Below are positions 31,211 through 40,642 of a stretch of 64,000 bases of DNA, one piece after another (position 1 is the stretch's first letter; each line of letters opens with the position of its first letter). Location: NCBI GenBank assembly GCA_963716255.1, contig OY970303.1, positions 6,368,001 through 6,432,000 of the forward strand, read 5' to 3'. This DNA comes from an uncultured Gemmatimonadales bacterium. Lineage in GTDB: Bacteria; Gemmatimonadota; Gemmatimonadetes; Longimicrobiales; Longimicrobiaceae. The translations under genes were made by a program, and so were the position numbers. The notes beneath the pieces were generated by a model. That model saw nothing but the letters and a program-made list of their open reading frames with translations. It ran no database searches and was not told where the DNA came from.

Positions 31211-31276
31211 GGCCCCCACCCGGCTCGCTCAGGCTCGCGCGGCTTTCCCCCTATATCCCCCAATTCTGGGGGAGGG
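31211..31276 (+). repeat. Repeat family D unit
   Basis: GGCCCCCACCCGGCTCGCTCAGGCTCGC...CCCCAATTCTGGGGGAGGG. Confidence 0.8.
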
Positions 31277-31292
31277 TTTCCTGTCGTTCCGG

Positions 31293-31440
31293 GATCTGCG
31301 CCGGGAGGTCGGGTGAGGGTCCGCAGGCGGTGCGTCTGTTCGAAGCCAGCGTGATCCGGCCCGTACTCGGAGGGCGGGCGAGTGCTCTGCGAGTCCCTTC
31401 GGGTGTCGCACCGCCGGAAGAGCCTCGCCCGGCCGACCCC
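31293..31440 (+). repeat. Structured repeat C, copy 2
   Basis: Same nested stems as copy 1, with an extra GCTCTGCGAGTCCCTTCGGGT insert. Confidence 0.9.
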
Positions 31441-31543
31441 TTGCTCGGGACCCGCCGCAGCGCGCCGCAGTCGATCTCGCCCCGCCAGGATCTCTCCGGA
31501 GCCCGGGCCGCAGGATTCCCGACCGGGCCCGTCCCGCCGCGAT

Positions 31544-31572
31544 TTGACAGCCAATCCGCCGCGCGTTATCAG
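31544..31572 (+). promoter_or_regulatory. Putative sigma70 promoter of susC/susD
   Basis: TTGACA-17 nt-TATCAG. Confidence 0.45.
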
Positions 31573-31713
31573 TGCACCGGGGCCACGCGGCCGCCTCCCC
31601 GGCGGGCGCGCCCCCATGCTTCCTCCACCCCCACCCGGGAGGCACGCCCCACCCTACGCTCTCCGTTCGCACCGTCCGTCTCCAGAGTCGTCACCCCACC
31701 CAGGAGGACAGCG

Positions 31714-34700
31714 ATGGGCCACTTCACACGGGCAAGGCTGGCGCTGGCCGCCGCCGCGGTCGCGGCGCTGCTCGGCGGCGGCGTGCCGCCGCTGCACGCA
31801 CAGGCCACGGGCAGCGTCAGCGGCAGGGTCACCGAGACCGGGAGCCAGCGGCCGCTGGCGGGCGCGCAGGTGAGCGTCCCCGGCACCGGGCGCCGGGCGA
31901 TCACCAGCACGAGCGGCGAGTACACCCTCGCCTCAGTCCCCTCCGGGCCGCAGGACGTGCGGGTGGAGCTGATCGGGTACGGCACCGCCGAGCGGCGGGT
32001 CACCGTTCCCGAGGGGGGCGCCGCCACCGCGAGCTTCGAGCTGGGGCAGTCCGCCGTGTCGCTGGACGCGCTGGTGGTCACCGGCACCGCCGGCGGCACC
32101 CAGCGGCGGGCCGTGGGCACCAGCGTCGCGCAGATCCAGGCCTCCACCGTCGTGGAGACCGCGCCCGTCAACAGCGTCCAGGAGCTCATCAACGGCCGGG
32201 CCCCCGGGGTGGTCATCATCCCCGGCTCCGGCACCGTCGGGAGCGGCGCGCGCATCCGCGTGCGCGGCATCTCCAGCCTGTCGCTTTCCCAGGAGCCGCT
32301 GATCTACGTGGACGGCGTGCGCGTCAACAACGCCCAGGCCACCGGCCCCATCAACCAGGGCTTCAGCTCCAGCACCATCTCCCGGTGGAACGACTTCAAC
32401 CCCGAGGAGATCGAGAGCATCGAGATCATCAAGGGGCCCGCCGCCGCCACCCTGTACGGAACCGAGGCCGCAAACGGCGTCATCCAGATCATCACCAAGC
32501 GCGGCTCCGAGGGGAAGCCGCGCTTCACCGCCTCCGTCAAGCAGGGCGCCAACTGGTTCGCCGACCCCGCCGGGCGCCTTCCGCTCAACTACGGGCGCGT
32601 CAACGCCACCGCGCCGGTCACCACCATCGACTACGCCCAGCTCCGCGAGCTCAACGGCGACATCTTCGGCACCGGGCGGCTCCAGGAGTACGACGTCAGC
32701 ATGAGCGGCGGCGGCTCCGGCGTGCGCTACTTCGTGGGCGGCGGGCTGGAGCGCAACGAGGGCGTCGAGCCCAACAACGTGGCCCGCAAGTACAACGCGC
32801 GCGCCAACGTGTCCGTCACCCCCGGCTCCAACATCGACCTCAACGCCAGCGCGGGATACGTCAGCGGGCGCACCAGCCTCCCGCTGGAGGCCGGCGGCGG
32901 CGGGCTGTTCTGGACCACCCTGTTCGCCAACCCCGCCAACCTGAACACCCCCCGCAACGGCTTCCACAGCGCCACCCCCGAGGCGTACTACTACGCCTAC
33001 GAGGACTGGCAGGACGTCGACCGCTTCACCGGCGGCCTCCAGCTCACCCACCGCCCCTTCGGCTGGCTGACGCACCGGGCCTCCGTGGGCACCGACTTCA
33101 CCAGCCAGGACGACGTGGAGCTGGTGGAGCGCATCGCGGACCCGGAGATGCAGTTCTTCTTCACCGCCTCCGAGATCCGCGGCTACAAGGACATGTACCG
33201 CCGCAACGTCTACTACAACACCTTCGACTACAGCGCCACCGCAGAGGTCACCCCCCTGGAGGGGATCACCAGCAACACCTCCGTGGGCGCCCAGTACTAC
33301 CGGCGCTACTCCGAGTACCTGTACGGGCGCGGCGCCGACTTCCCCGCGCGCGGCCTCCGCACCCTCCTCGCCACCACCGGCGAGCGCCGCAACGACGAGG
33401 ACTACGCCGAATCCTCCACCGTGGGCGTCTTCATCCAGGAGCAGCTGGGGCTGCGCGACGACCGGCTCTTCCTCACCGGCGCCGTCCGCATGGACGACAA
33501 CAGCGCCTTCGGCGAGGACTTCGACCTGGTCACCTACCCCAAGCTGAGCGCCACCTGGGTGCTCAGCGAGGAGCCCTTCTGGCCGCTGCCGTTCGTCAAC
33601 ACGCTCAAGCTCCGCGCCGCGTACGGGCAGTCCGGCCAGCAGCCCGTGAACTTCGCCGCGCTCCGCACCTTCGCCCCCATCACCGGCAGCGGCGACCAGC
33701 CGGCCGTCACCCCGCAGTCGCTGGGCAACCCCGACCTGGGCCCCGAGCGCAGCGGCGAGCTGGAGGTGGGCTTCGACGCCGGCTTCCTGGACGACCGCCT
33801 GGGGCTGGAGCTCACCTACTACGACCGCACCGTCACCGACGCCATCCTGGAAACCCCGGTGCCGCCCTCCAGCGGCTTCTCCGGCACCCAGTACGTCAAC
33901 GCCGGCGAGATCCACAGCAGCGGCGTGGAGCTGCTGGCCCGGGCCAACGCGCTGAACGGCCGCCGCGCCCAGCTGGACTTCACCGTCAGCCTGGCGACCA
34001 ACGCCAACGAGGTCGTCGACCTGGGGCGCGAAGGGCTCACCACCGTTTCCGCGGGAACGCTGGTGCAGCACCGCGAGGGGTACCCGGTGGGCTCCTGGTT
34101 CGACAAGGTCATCGTGGGCGCCAGCTTCAACGCCGCCGGCGCCCTCATCGCCAACTCCGAGATCTGCGACGACGGCGAAGGCGGGCAGATGCCGTGCGCC
34201 ACGGCGCCCACCCTGTACCTGGGCCGCCCCACCCCCAGCCGGGAGATGTCGCTCAGCTCCACGCTGACGCTCTTCAACAACCTGCGCATCTACGGGCTGA
34301 TCGACGCCAAGCAGGGCTTCAGCAAGCTGGACGGCAACCTGCGCGTCCGCTGCGTCCTGTTCTTCCGCTGCCGCGAGAACTTCTATCCCACCGAGTTCCT
34401 GGACGACCCGGCGTGGCTGGCCACCGTGCAGCGCGGCGGCGCCTTTTCCGACCGGCTGATCAAGGACGGCAGCTTCGCCCGCTTCCGCGAGCTTTCCGCC
34501 ACCTACACGCTCCCCGGGCGCTGGGCGAGCCGCCTGGGCGCGAGCCGGGCGTCCATCACCGTGGCCGGGCGCAACCTGTGGACCTGGACCGACTACACCG
34601 GGCTGGAGCCCGAAGCCTCCTTCCTGGGCGGCACCCGCGGCACGGGGAGCGCCCAGTGGGAGCAGAACGTCACCCCGCAACTCCAGCAGTTCGTGACCAC

Positions 34701-34719
34701 GCTGAACGTCAACTTCTAG
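31714..34719 (+). CDS. SusC/RagA family TonB-dependent outer-membrane receptor
   Basis: Signal peptide, carboxypeptidase-regulatory-like N domain, LVVTG TonB box, PLIYVDG, IESIEIIKGPAAATLYG...GVIQIITK, terminal F; AGGAGG RBS. Confidence 0.96.
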   Translation: MGHFTRARLALAAAAVAALLGGGVPPLHAQATGSVSGRVTETGSQRPLAGAQVSVPGTGRRAITSTSGEYTLASVPSGPQDVRVELIGYGTAERRVTVPEGGAATASFELGQSAVSLDALVVTGTAGGTQRRAVGTSVAQIQASTVVETAPVNSVQELINGRAPGVVIIPGSGTVGSGARIRVRGISSLSLSQEPLIYVDGVRVNNAQATGPINQGFSSSTISRWNDFNPEEIESIEIIKGPAAATLYGTEAANGVIQIITKRGSEGKPRFTASVKQGANWFADPAGRLPLNYGRVNATAPVTTIDYAQLRELNGDIFGTGRLQEYDVSMSGGGSGVRYFVGGGLERNEGVEPNNVARKYNARANVSVTPGSNIDLNASAGYVSGRTSLPLEAGGGGLFWTTLFANPANLNTPRNGFHSATPEAYYYAYEDWQDVDRFTGGLQLTHRPFGWLTHRASVGTDFTSQDDVELVERIADPEMQFFFTASEIRGYKDMYRRNVYYNTFDYSATAEVTPLEGITSNTSVGAQYYRRYSEYLYGRGADFPARGLRTLLATTGERRNDEDYAESSTVGVFIQEQLGLRDDRLFLTGAVRMDDNSAFGEDFDLVTYPKLSATWVLSEEPFWPLPFVNTLKLRAAYGQSGQQPVNFAALRTFAPITGSGDQPAVTPQSLGNPDLGPERSGELEVGFDAGFLDDRLGLELTYYDRTVTDAILETPVPPSSGFSGTQYVNAGEIHSSGVELLARANALNGRRAQLDFTVSLATNANEVVDLGREGLTTVSAGTLVQHREGYPVGSWFDKVIVGASFNAAGALIANSEICDDGEGGQMPCATAPTLYLGRPTPSREMSLSSTLTLFNNLRIYGLIDAKQGFSKLDGNLRVRCVLFFRCRENFYPTEFLDDPAWLATVQRGGAFSDRLIKDGSFARFRELSATYTLPGRWASRLGASRASITVAGRNLWTWTDYTGLEPEASFLGGTRGTGSAQWEQNVTPQLQQFVTTLNVNF

Positions 34720-34732
34720 CCCACGAACCCAG

Positions 34733-36028
34733 GTGAACGGCATGAATCACAACCGACCGAACCGGGGGAGGACGCGCCCGCGCGGCGCCCTCCGCGCGGG
34801 GCTCTGGCTGGCGGCGGCGCTCACCCTCGCCGCCTGTAATTCGCTGCTGGACGTGGACGCTCCCAGCCGCATCCCCGCCGACGCGCTGAACGACCCGTCC
34901 AACGCCACGCTCCTGGTGAGCGGCGCCGTCGGCGACTTCGAGTGCGCCTTCCAGAGCTACGTGGTGATGGGCGGCATCGTGGGCGAGGAGCTGGTGGACG
35001 CCACCCAGACCGCCGACCGCTGGCCGTACGACCGCCGCGCCGTGGACCCCGCCGACCGGCGCTACGGCGAGTTCGCCTGCACCGCGCTGGGCGTGTACAC
35101 CCCCCTCTCCACCGCCCGCTGGGCCGCGGAGAACGCCCTGTCCAGGCTCCAGGGGTGGACCGACGAGCAGGTCGCCGGCCGCGCGGTGATGGTCGCCACC
35201 GCCGCCGCGTACTCCGGGTACAGCCACCTGCTCCTGGGCGAGGGCTTCTGCTCCGGCGTGCTCCTGGACGAGACCCTCGAGGCCGGCGGCGAGGTCCCGC
35301 GCGCCGACGTGCTGCGGCGCGCCGTCGCCCGCTTCGACCAGGCCGTGACGGGCGCCCAGGCCGCCGGAAACGCCGACATCCTCAACATGGCGCTCGTGGG
35401 CCGCGCCCGCGCCAGGCTGGACCTGGGCGACCGGGCCGGCGCCGCCGCCGACGCCCGGCTGGTCACCGCCAACTACGCCAAGGTCGTCACCGCCTCCACC
35501 ATCGCCTCGCGGCGCGAGAACCGCGTCGTGGAGCAGAACAACAACTCCCAGTCGGTCACCATCGGCCCCACCTACCGCAGCCTGGCGTTCGGCGGGGTGG
35601 CCGACCCGCGGGTGAGAGTCACCGACACCGGCCGCAATGCCACCGACGGCAACCGCATCTGGGTGCAGACCAAGTACGCCACCCTCGCCACCGGCGTCCC
35701 GCTGGCCACCTGGGACGAGGCCCAGCTCATCATCGCCGAGGTGGAGGGTGGCCAGTCCGCGGTGAACATCATCAACATGTTCCACACGCGGGCCGGGCTC
35801 CCGGCCTTCGCCGGCACGGACGCGGCCGTCATCCAGGCGCAGGTGGTCGAGGAGCGGCGCCGCGAGCTGTTCCTGGAGGGCCAGCACCTGGGCGACATCA
35901 TCCGCTACAGCCTGGCGCTCACCCCCGCCACGGGGACCGCGTTCCCCAAGGGCGGCACCTACGGCAGCACCACGTGCCTGCCGCTTCCCAACATCGAGAA
36001 GCTGAACAACAGGAACATCTCGGGCTGA
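34733..36028 (+). CDS. SusD/RagB family lipoprotein (start 34733 or 34742)
   Basis: Lipobox LAAC; EAQLIIAE, ERRRELFLEG; directly follows SusC. Confidence 0.92.
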   Translation: MNGMNHNRPNRGRTRPRGALRAGLWLAAALTLAACNSLLDVDAPSRIPADALNDPSNATLLVSGAVGDFECAFQSYVVMGGIVGEELVDATQTADRWPYDRRAVDPADRRYGEFACTALGVYTPLSTARWAAENALSRLQGWTDEQVAGRAVMVATAAAYSGYSHLLLGEGFCSGVLLDETLEAGGEVPRADVLRRAVARFDQAVTGAQAAGNADILNMALVGRARARLDLGDRAGAAADARLVTANYAKVVTASTIASRRENRVVEQNNNSQSVTIGPTYRSLAFGGVADPRVRVTDTGRNATDGNRIWVQTKYATLATGVPLATWDEAQLIIAEVEGGQSAVNIINMFHTRAGLPAFAGTDAAVIQAQVVEERRRELFLEGQHLGDIIRYSLALTPATGTAFPKGGTYGSTTCLPLPNIEKLNNRNISG

Positions 36029-36044
36029 CGGCAACGGCGGGTTC

Positions 36045-36173
36045 GGGCGTGCCCCCGGCTGGCGCCGGGGTCGGGCTTCGGCTCCGTAACGCACGAAACA
36101 ACCGTGCGTAACGGAGTCGAGCCCCGCGAAACAGCCCGCGGGTCTCGCCCCTTCGGGCCGAAATCCCTCACGC
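36045..36173 (+). repeat. Structured repeat A, copy 6
   Basis: Full element; stem ACGCACG-AAACAAC-CGTGCGT. Confidence 0.95.
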
Positions 36174-36218
36174 GGGCATCGCGCTGGCGTCCGCTGGGGT
36201 CCGGCACCAGCACACAAG

Positions 36219-36254
36219 ATCAGCGGGGGCGGCCATCTGGCCGCCCCCGCTGAT
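36219..36254. terminator. Probable bidirectional terminator
   Basis: ATCAGCGGGGGCGGCCA-tc-TGGCCGCCCCCGCTGAT. Confidence 0.75.
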
Positions 36255-36293
36255 GTTATCGCCGCTCGCGCTCCGTGCCGCCTGCCGGGAACT

Positions 36294-36707
36294 TTACCGC
36301 GCCGCGGGCCGGCCGTCTCGGAGCCAGCCTTCCACGCGGCCCAGAAAGGTCCGCACGTCGATCGGCTTGGCGACGTAGTCGTCGCACCCGGCCGCCATCA
36401 CCCGCTCGCGCGCACCCTCCATCGCCGTGAGCGCCACGATGGGCACCTGCCGGAAGCCGGCGTGCTCGCGGAGCCGGCGCGTGGCCTCGAAGCCGTCCAG
36501 CTCCGGCATCATCACGTCCATCAGGATCAGGTCCGGCTGCTGCGCCAGCGCCGTCTCCACCGCTTCGCGGCCGTTGGTCACGGTCTCCACCCGGTAGCCG
36601 AACGCGTCCAGGAGCGTACGCAGCGCTTCCCGGCTGTCCTCGTGGTCCTCCGCGATCAGGATGGTGGCCCTGGAGGACCGCTCCGGGTCCGTGGTCGGCA
36701 CGCTCAC
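36294..36707 (-). CDS. Single-domain response regulator (CheY/DivK-like)
   Basis: ILIAED, PDLILMDVMMPELDG, IVALTA, YVAKP; start inferred. Confidence 0.9.
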   Translation of the reverse strand: MSVPTTDPERSSRATILIAEDHEDSREALRTLLDAFGYRVETVTNGREAVETALAQQPDLILMDVMMPELDGFEATRRLREHAGFRQVPIVALTAMEGARERVMAAGCDDYVAKPIDVRTFLGRVEGWLRDGRPAAR

Positions 36708-36855
36708 GCCCCGGAACGCGGGCGGAGTGCGGTTCGACGGCAGGCGGGAGGACACGGACGAACGATCGGCCTGGAGAGTGGGGGCATGGATCACGGAAAG
36801 GCTCGGAGCAGGGTAACGGGATAGGAACGCGGTGTTGCGGCTGGTCCCAGGGTTG

Positions 36856-36871
36856 GCAAATCGCGTGCCCA
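36856..36871 (-). promoter_or_regulatory. Putative sigma54 promoter
   Basis: Minus strand TGGGCAC-GCGAT-TTGC (GG-N10-GC). Confidence 0.6.
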
Positions 36872-36980
36872 AAGTATCGCCCGGTCGGCGCCTCGCGGTC
36901 GGGCGATCCCTTGTGTCGCGGGCCGGCGGGAGGGTACCTTCGCCGCGTCCGCGCCGCCGCTCCCCGCACCAGGCCGCCGC

Positions 36981-37400
36981 ATGCCCACCGCACAGCTTAC
37001 CCGCAGGGTGCGCTTTTCCGCCGCGCACCGCTACCACCGCCCCGAGTGGAGCGACGAGCGCAACCGCGACACCTTCGGCCCCTGCGCCAACCCGCACGGC
37101 CACGGGCACGGCTACCTGCTGGAGGTCACCGTGGCCGGCACGATCGACCCGGAGACGGGGTTCAGCGTGGACCTGGGAGTTCTGGACGCGGTGCTGCGGG
37201 AGGAGGTTCTGGAGCGGCTGGACCACCAGCACCTGAACCACGTGGTGCCGGAGTTCGCCCCCGGCGGCAGGATCCCGACCACCGAGAACATCCTGGTGCT
37301 GCTCTGGGGGCGGATCGCGCCGCGGCTGGGGGAGGGAAGGCTGCTGCGCCTGCGGCTGCACGAGGAGGAAACCTTCTACGTGGACTACTTCGGGGAGTGA
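36981..37400 (+). CDS. queD: 6-carboxytetrahydropterin synthase / PTPS family
   Basis: FSAAHR, CANPHGHGH.Y, LDHQHLN, PTTEN, LHE. Confidence 0.85.
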   Translation: MPTAQLTRRVRFSAAHRYHRPEWSDERNRDTFGPCANPHGHGHGYLLEVTVAGTIDPETGFSVDLGVLDAVLREEVLERLDHQHLNHVVPEFAPGGRIPTTENILVLLWGRIAPRLGEGRLLRLRLHEEETFYVDYFGE

Positions 37401-37460
37401 ACGCGAAACGGGGGCGCCTCGCGGCACCCCCGTCGCATTCCGTCGCCACGGTCGTTGCGG

Positions 37461-37868
37461 CTACACCGCGCTGCCCGCGCAGGCCGCCGCCGCGATCGTC
37501 GTCACGTTGCGGTCCTGGTCGATCTGGAAGGTCTTCAGCTCGGGCAGGGTGCGCGGCGTGGCGCACGCCGTGAAGGTGCCCGTCGTGCCGTCGATCTTGA
37601 AGTCGTAGTACTTCGCGGCCCCGACCGGGTCCGCCGCTCCCTCGAGCTTGGCGAACTGGTCGGCGTAGATGTCGTTCTTCTGCTTGTAGCGCAGCTGGAG
37701 CGTGTAGATCTGCTTCAGGATGGGCTCGGCCTCCGCTTCCTTGGCGGAGTTCGACACGCCGTTGAACTTGGGGATCGCGATGGCGGCCAGGATGCCGATG
37801 ATCACCACCACGATCATCAACTCGATGAGGGTGAAGCCACGCGAGTCCCGATGATGGATGGTGCGCAT
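37461..37868 (-). CDS. Type IV pilin
   Basis: [23 protein letters not shown] prepilin motif; C-terminal Cys pair. Confidence 0.95.
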   Translation of the reverse strand: MRTIHHRDSRGFTLIELMIVVVIIGILAAIAIPKFNGVSNSAKEAEAEPILKQIYTLQLRYKQKNDIYADQFAKLEGAADPVGAAKYYDFKIDGTTGTFTACATPRTLPELKTFQIDQDRNVTTIAAAACAGSAV

Positions 37869-37965
37869 TCCTCGTTCTCCAGGGAAGGGCGGAGGGCCAG
37901 GGTCAATGGTCGGAATGAGATCCGGGAACCGGCCCAGGGGGGCCGGCTCCCGGTGTCGGTGCTGC

Positions 37966-38373
37966 TTAGCAGGCGGTCGTGCTCGGGATCCCGTCGGTCC
38001 CGGCGACGGCCGGCCGGTTGAGCTGGAGGTACATCGTGGTCAGGCCGGCGGCGGTGCCCTTGGCGTTCGGGGTCGCAACGGCGCACATCTTGGTCGTGCT
38101 GCCGGTGGACACCGAGAACGTGAAGTACTGCGCGCCCGGATCCTCGAAGCCCGTCAGGCTCGCGATGGCGGCCTGGTAGGTGTCGTTCTTCTGGAAGTAC
38201 GACTCCTGGAGCGACGCGATCTGCTTCAGGGTGGGTTCGGCCTCGGACTGCTTCGCGCTCTTCGACACGTTGCTGAACTTCGGGATCGCGATGGCCGCGA
38301 GGATGCCGATGATCACGACCACGATCATGAGCTCGATGAGGGTGAAGCCCTTGGTGTTACGCAGGTTCCGCAT
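37966..38373 (-). CDS. Type IV pilin
   Basis: [23 protein letters not shown] prepilin motif; C-terminal Cys pair. Confidence 0.95.
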   Translation of the reverse strand: MRNLRNTKGFTLIELMIVVVIIGILAAIAIPKFSNVSKSAKQSEAEPTLKQIASLQESYFQKNDTYQAAIASLTGFEDPGAQYFTFSVSTGSTTKMCAVATPNAKGTAAGLTTMYLQLNRPAVAGTDGIPSTTAC

Positions 38374-38440
38374 GGTGGTTCTCCGGGTGGGGTGGGGTGG
38401 CTACTGCCAGCACGGCTCCGTGCTGCTGGCCCCGGGTAAG

Positions 38441-38456
38441 GCAACGGATGTACCCA
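38441..38456 (-). promoter_or_regulatory. Putative sigma54 promoter of pilin genes
   Basis: Minus strand TGGGTAC-ATCCG-TTGC, 68 nt upstream of pilin ATG. Confidence 0.6.
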
Positions 38457-38687
38457 CAATGCGGCACGCCGACAAGTCGTTGCAAGAGGGCCGTTTGCCG
38501 GTTCGGGCGGACCCCGGGGGGCCGGTTTTTAGCCGCTGATCCTGCAAGATCCCTTGCACTGTGCAACACCGCCCCGCCGGGCCGTGCCGGGCTTGCGTCC
38601 GCCCCGTGGCACGGCCTATATGGAAGCGGACCGCGGCGGGGGAGCCCGCCCCGGCCGGCCCACCTCCCGGAACCGGAGACACAGCGC

Positions 38688-39722
38688 GTGAGCGACGCGA
38701 ACATCAAGGACGTGACCATCATCGGCGGGGGCCCCACCGGCCTCTTCGCCGCTTTCTACGCCGGTCTGCGCGGCGTCTCCTGCCGCGTCGTGGACGCCCT
38801 GCCGCAGCTGGGCGGGCAGCTCATGGCCCTGTACCCGGAAAAGTACATCTTCGACGTGGGCGGCCTGCCGAAGATCCTCGCCAAGGACCTGGCGAAGAAC
38901 ATGATCGAGCAGGGAACCCAGTTCGACCCCGAGGTGGTCCTGGAGACCGAGGTGCAGACGCTGACCCGGGAGGACGGGGTGATCCGCCTGGGCACGCCCC
39001 GCGGCGAGCTGCTGAGCCGCACGGTGGTGATCACCGCCGGCAAGGGCGCCCTCAACCCGCGGGTGCTGGAGTGCCCGGGGTGGGAGGAGCTGTACGCCGC
39101 GCGCTCGGGCGTGTACACCCACGTGCACCAGCCGGAGGAGTTCCGGGGCCGGCGCGTGCTCCTGGTGGGCGGCGGCGACTCGGCCGTGGACTGGGCGCTG
39201 GGGCTCCAGGGGATCGCCACCGAGGTCACCGTGATCCACCGGCGCGACGAGTTCCGCGCCCACAGCGCCAGCGTGCGCGAGATGCGCGCCCTCGCGGAGG
39301 CGGGCAAGCTCAGCATCCGCACCCCGTACGAGGTCCGGGGCCTGGAGGGCGACGCCGGCTGCGTCCGCCGCGCCGTGATCTTCGACAACTCCACGGGCGA
39401 GGAGGTGGCGCTGGAGGTGGAGGCGGTCGTCGCGCTCCTGGGCTTCAAGCCGGACCTGGGGCCCGTGGGCACGTGGGGGCTGGAGCTGGAAAAGAACAGC
39501 ATCCGGGTGTCGCAGCTCATGGAGACCAACATCGAGGGCGTGTACGCCGCGGGCGACGTCACCCACTATCCCGGCAAGCTGGAGCTGATCGCCACCGGCT
39601 ACGGCGAGGCGGCCATCGCGGTGAACAACGCGGTGCACTTCATCAATCCCAAGGCGCGCGTGAGCCCCGGCCACTCCACCAACCTCAAGCTGTTCAAGCA
39701 GGACGAAGGCGAGGACGCCTGA
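38688..39722 (+). CDS. Ferredoxin--NADP+ reductase, thioredoxin-reductase-like (YumC type)
   Basis: GGGPTG, GGQLMALYPEKYIFDVGG, GGGDSA, GK.ELIATG, PGHST; no CxxC. Confidence 0.9.
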   Translation: MSDANIKDVTIIGGGPTGLFAAFYAGLRGVSCRVVDALPQLGGQLMALYPEKYIFDVGGLPKILAKDLAKNMIEQGTQFDPEVVLETEVQTLTREDGVIRLGTPRGELLSRTVVITAGKGALNPRVLECPGWEELYAARSGVYTHVHQPEEFRGRRVLLVGGGDSAVDWALGLQGIATEVTVIHRRDEFRAHSASVREMRALAEAGKLSIRTPYEVRGLEGDAGCVRRAVIFDNSTGEEVALEVEAVVALLGFKPDLGPVGTWGLELEKNSIRVSQLMETNIEGVYAAGDVTHYPGKLELIATGYGEAAIAVNNAVHFINPKARVSPGHSTNLKLFKQDEGEDA

Positions 39723-39750
39723 CCCGCCCTGCTCCCGTCCGCGGCGGCCG

Positions 39751-40485
39751 ATGAAGCTCGCAGGCCGCTCGGCCCTGGTCACCGGGGGCGCGGTCCGCGT
39801 GGGCCGCGCGATCTCCCTGGCGCTCGCGCGCGAGGGGATGCGCGTGGTCGTGGGCTACGGCTCGTCCGGGGGGCCGGCGCGGGGGGTGGTGGAGGAGATC
39901 CGCCGGGGCGGGGGAGAAGCGGCGATGGTGGGCGCCGACCTGTCGCGGCTGGACGAGGTGCGGCGGCTGGCGGACGAGGCGGAGCGCGCCTTCGGCGGCA
40001 TCGACGTGCTGGTGAACAACGCGTCCGTCTTCCCGGCGGACGGCTTCGCGGACACGGACGAGGCCACCTGGGACGCCACCCTCGCCGTCAACCTCAAGGC
40101 CCCCTTCTTCCTGACGCAGCTCCTCGCGCCGGGGATGCGGGCGCGCGGCGGGGGCGCCGTCGTGAACCTGGCCGACCTGGCCGGGCTCCAGTCGTGGCAG
40201 GGGTACGCCGCGCACTCCATCTCCAAGGCCGGCGTCGTCCACCTGACGAAAGTGGCGGCGCGCGCCCTGGCCCCGGAGATCCGCGTCAACGCCATCGCCC
40301 CCGGGACCGTCCTCCCCCCCGATGACTTTTCCGCGGACGAGGTCCGCAGGCTCGCCGAGCGCGCCCCGCTGCGCCGCAACGGCTCGCCCGACGACGTGGT
40401 GGCGGCGCTCCTCTACCTCCTCCGCGCCGACTTCGTCACCGGCGAGGTGCTGGTGGTGGACGGCGGCCGCATGCTGCGGAGCTGA
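39751..40485 (+). CDS. SDR oxidoreductase, pteridine reductase/FolM-like
   Basis: TGGAVRVG, LVNNAS, NLKAP, HSISK, VNAIAPG. Confidence 0.85.
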   Translation: MKLAGRSALVTGGAVRVGRAISLALAREGMRVVVGYGSSGGPARGVVEEIRRGGGEAAMVGADLSRLDEVRRLADEAERAFGGIDVLVNNASVFPADGFADTDEATWDATLAVNLKAPFFLTQLLAPGMRARGGGAVVNLADLAGLQSWQGYAAHSISKAGVVHLTKVAARALAPEIRVNAIAPGTVLPPDDFSADEVRRLAERAPLRRNGSPDDVVAALLYLLRADFVTGEVLVVDGGRMLRS

Positions 40486-40642
40486 CCGGCTCCGCGGTCG
40501 TCCACCGACCGGGCGCTGCAGGCTGTCCCCTGTACCCTGAACCCTGCCGTTCCCCGGAACACCCCCGCTCTTCACCGGTACCACCTTTCTTGCCGCACGG
40601 TCCCCGCGCGGGACCCGCCGTTCCCCGCTCTCCCCGCCTCGG

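Noticed and set aside
36981..40485. queD, ferredoxin reductase and pteridine-reductase-like SDR as a novel pterin or 7-deazaguanine modification cluster
   Set aside because: No folE, queC, queE or dpdA nearby, and the genes are interrupted by oppositely oriented pilins; ordinary housekeeping is sufficient explanation
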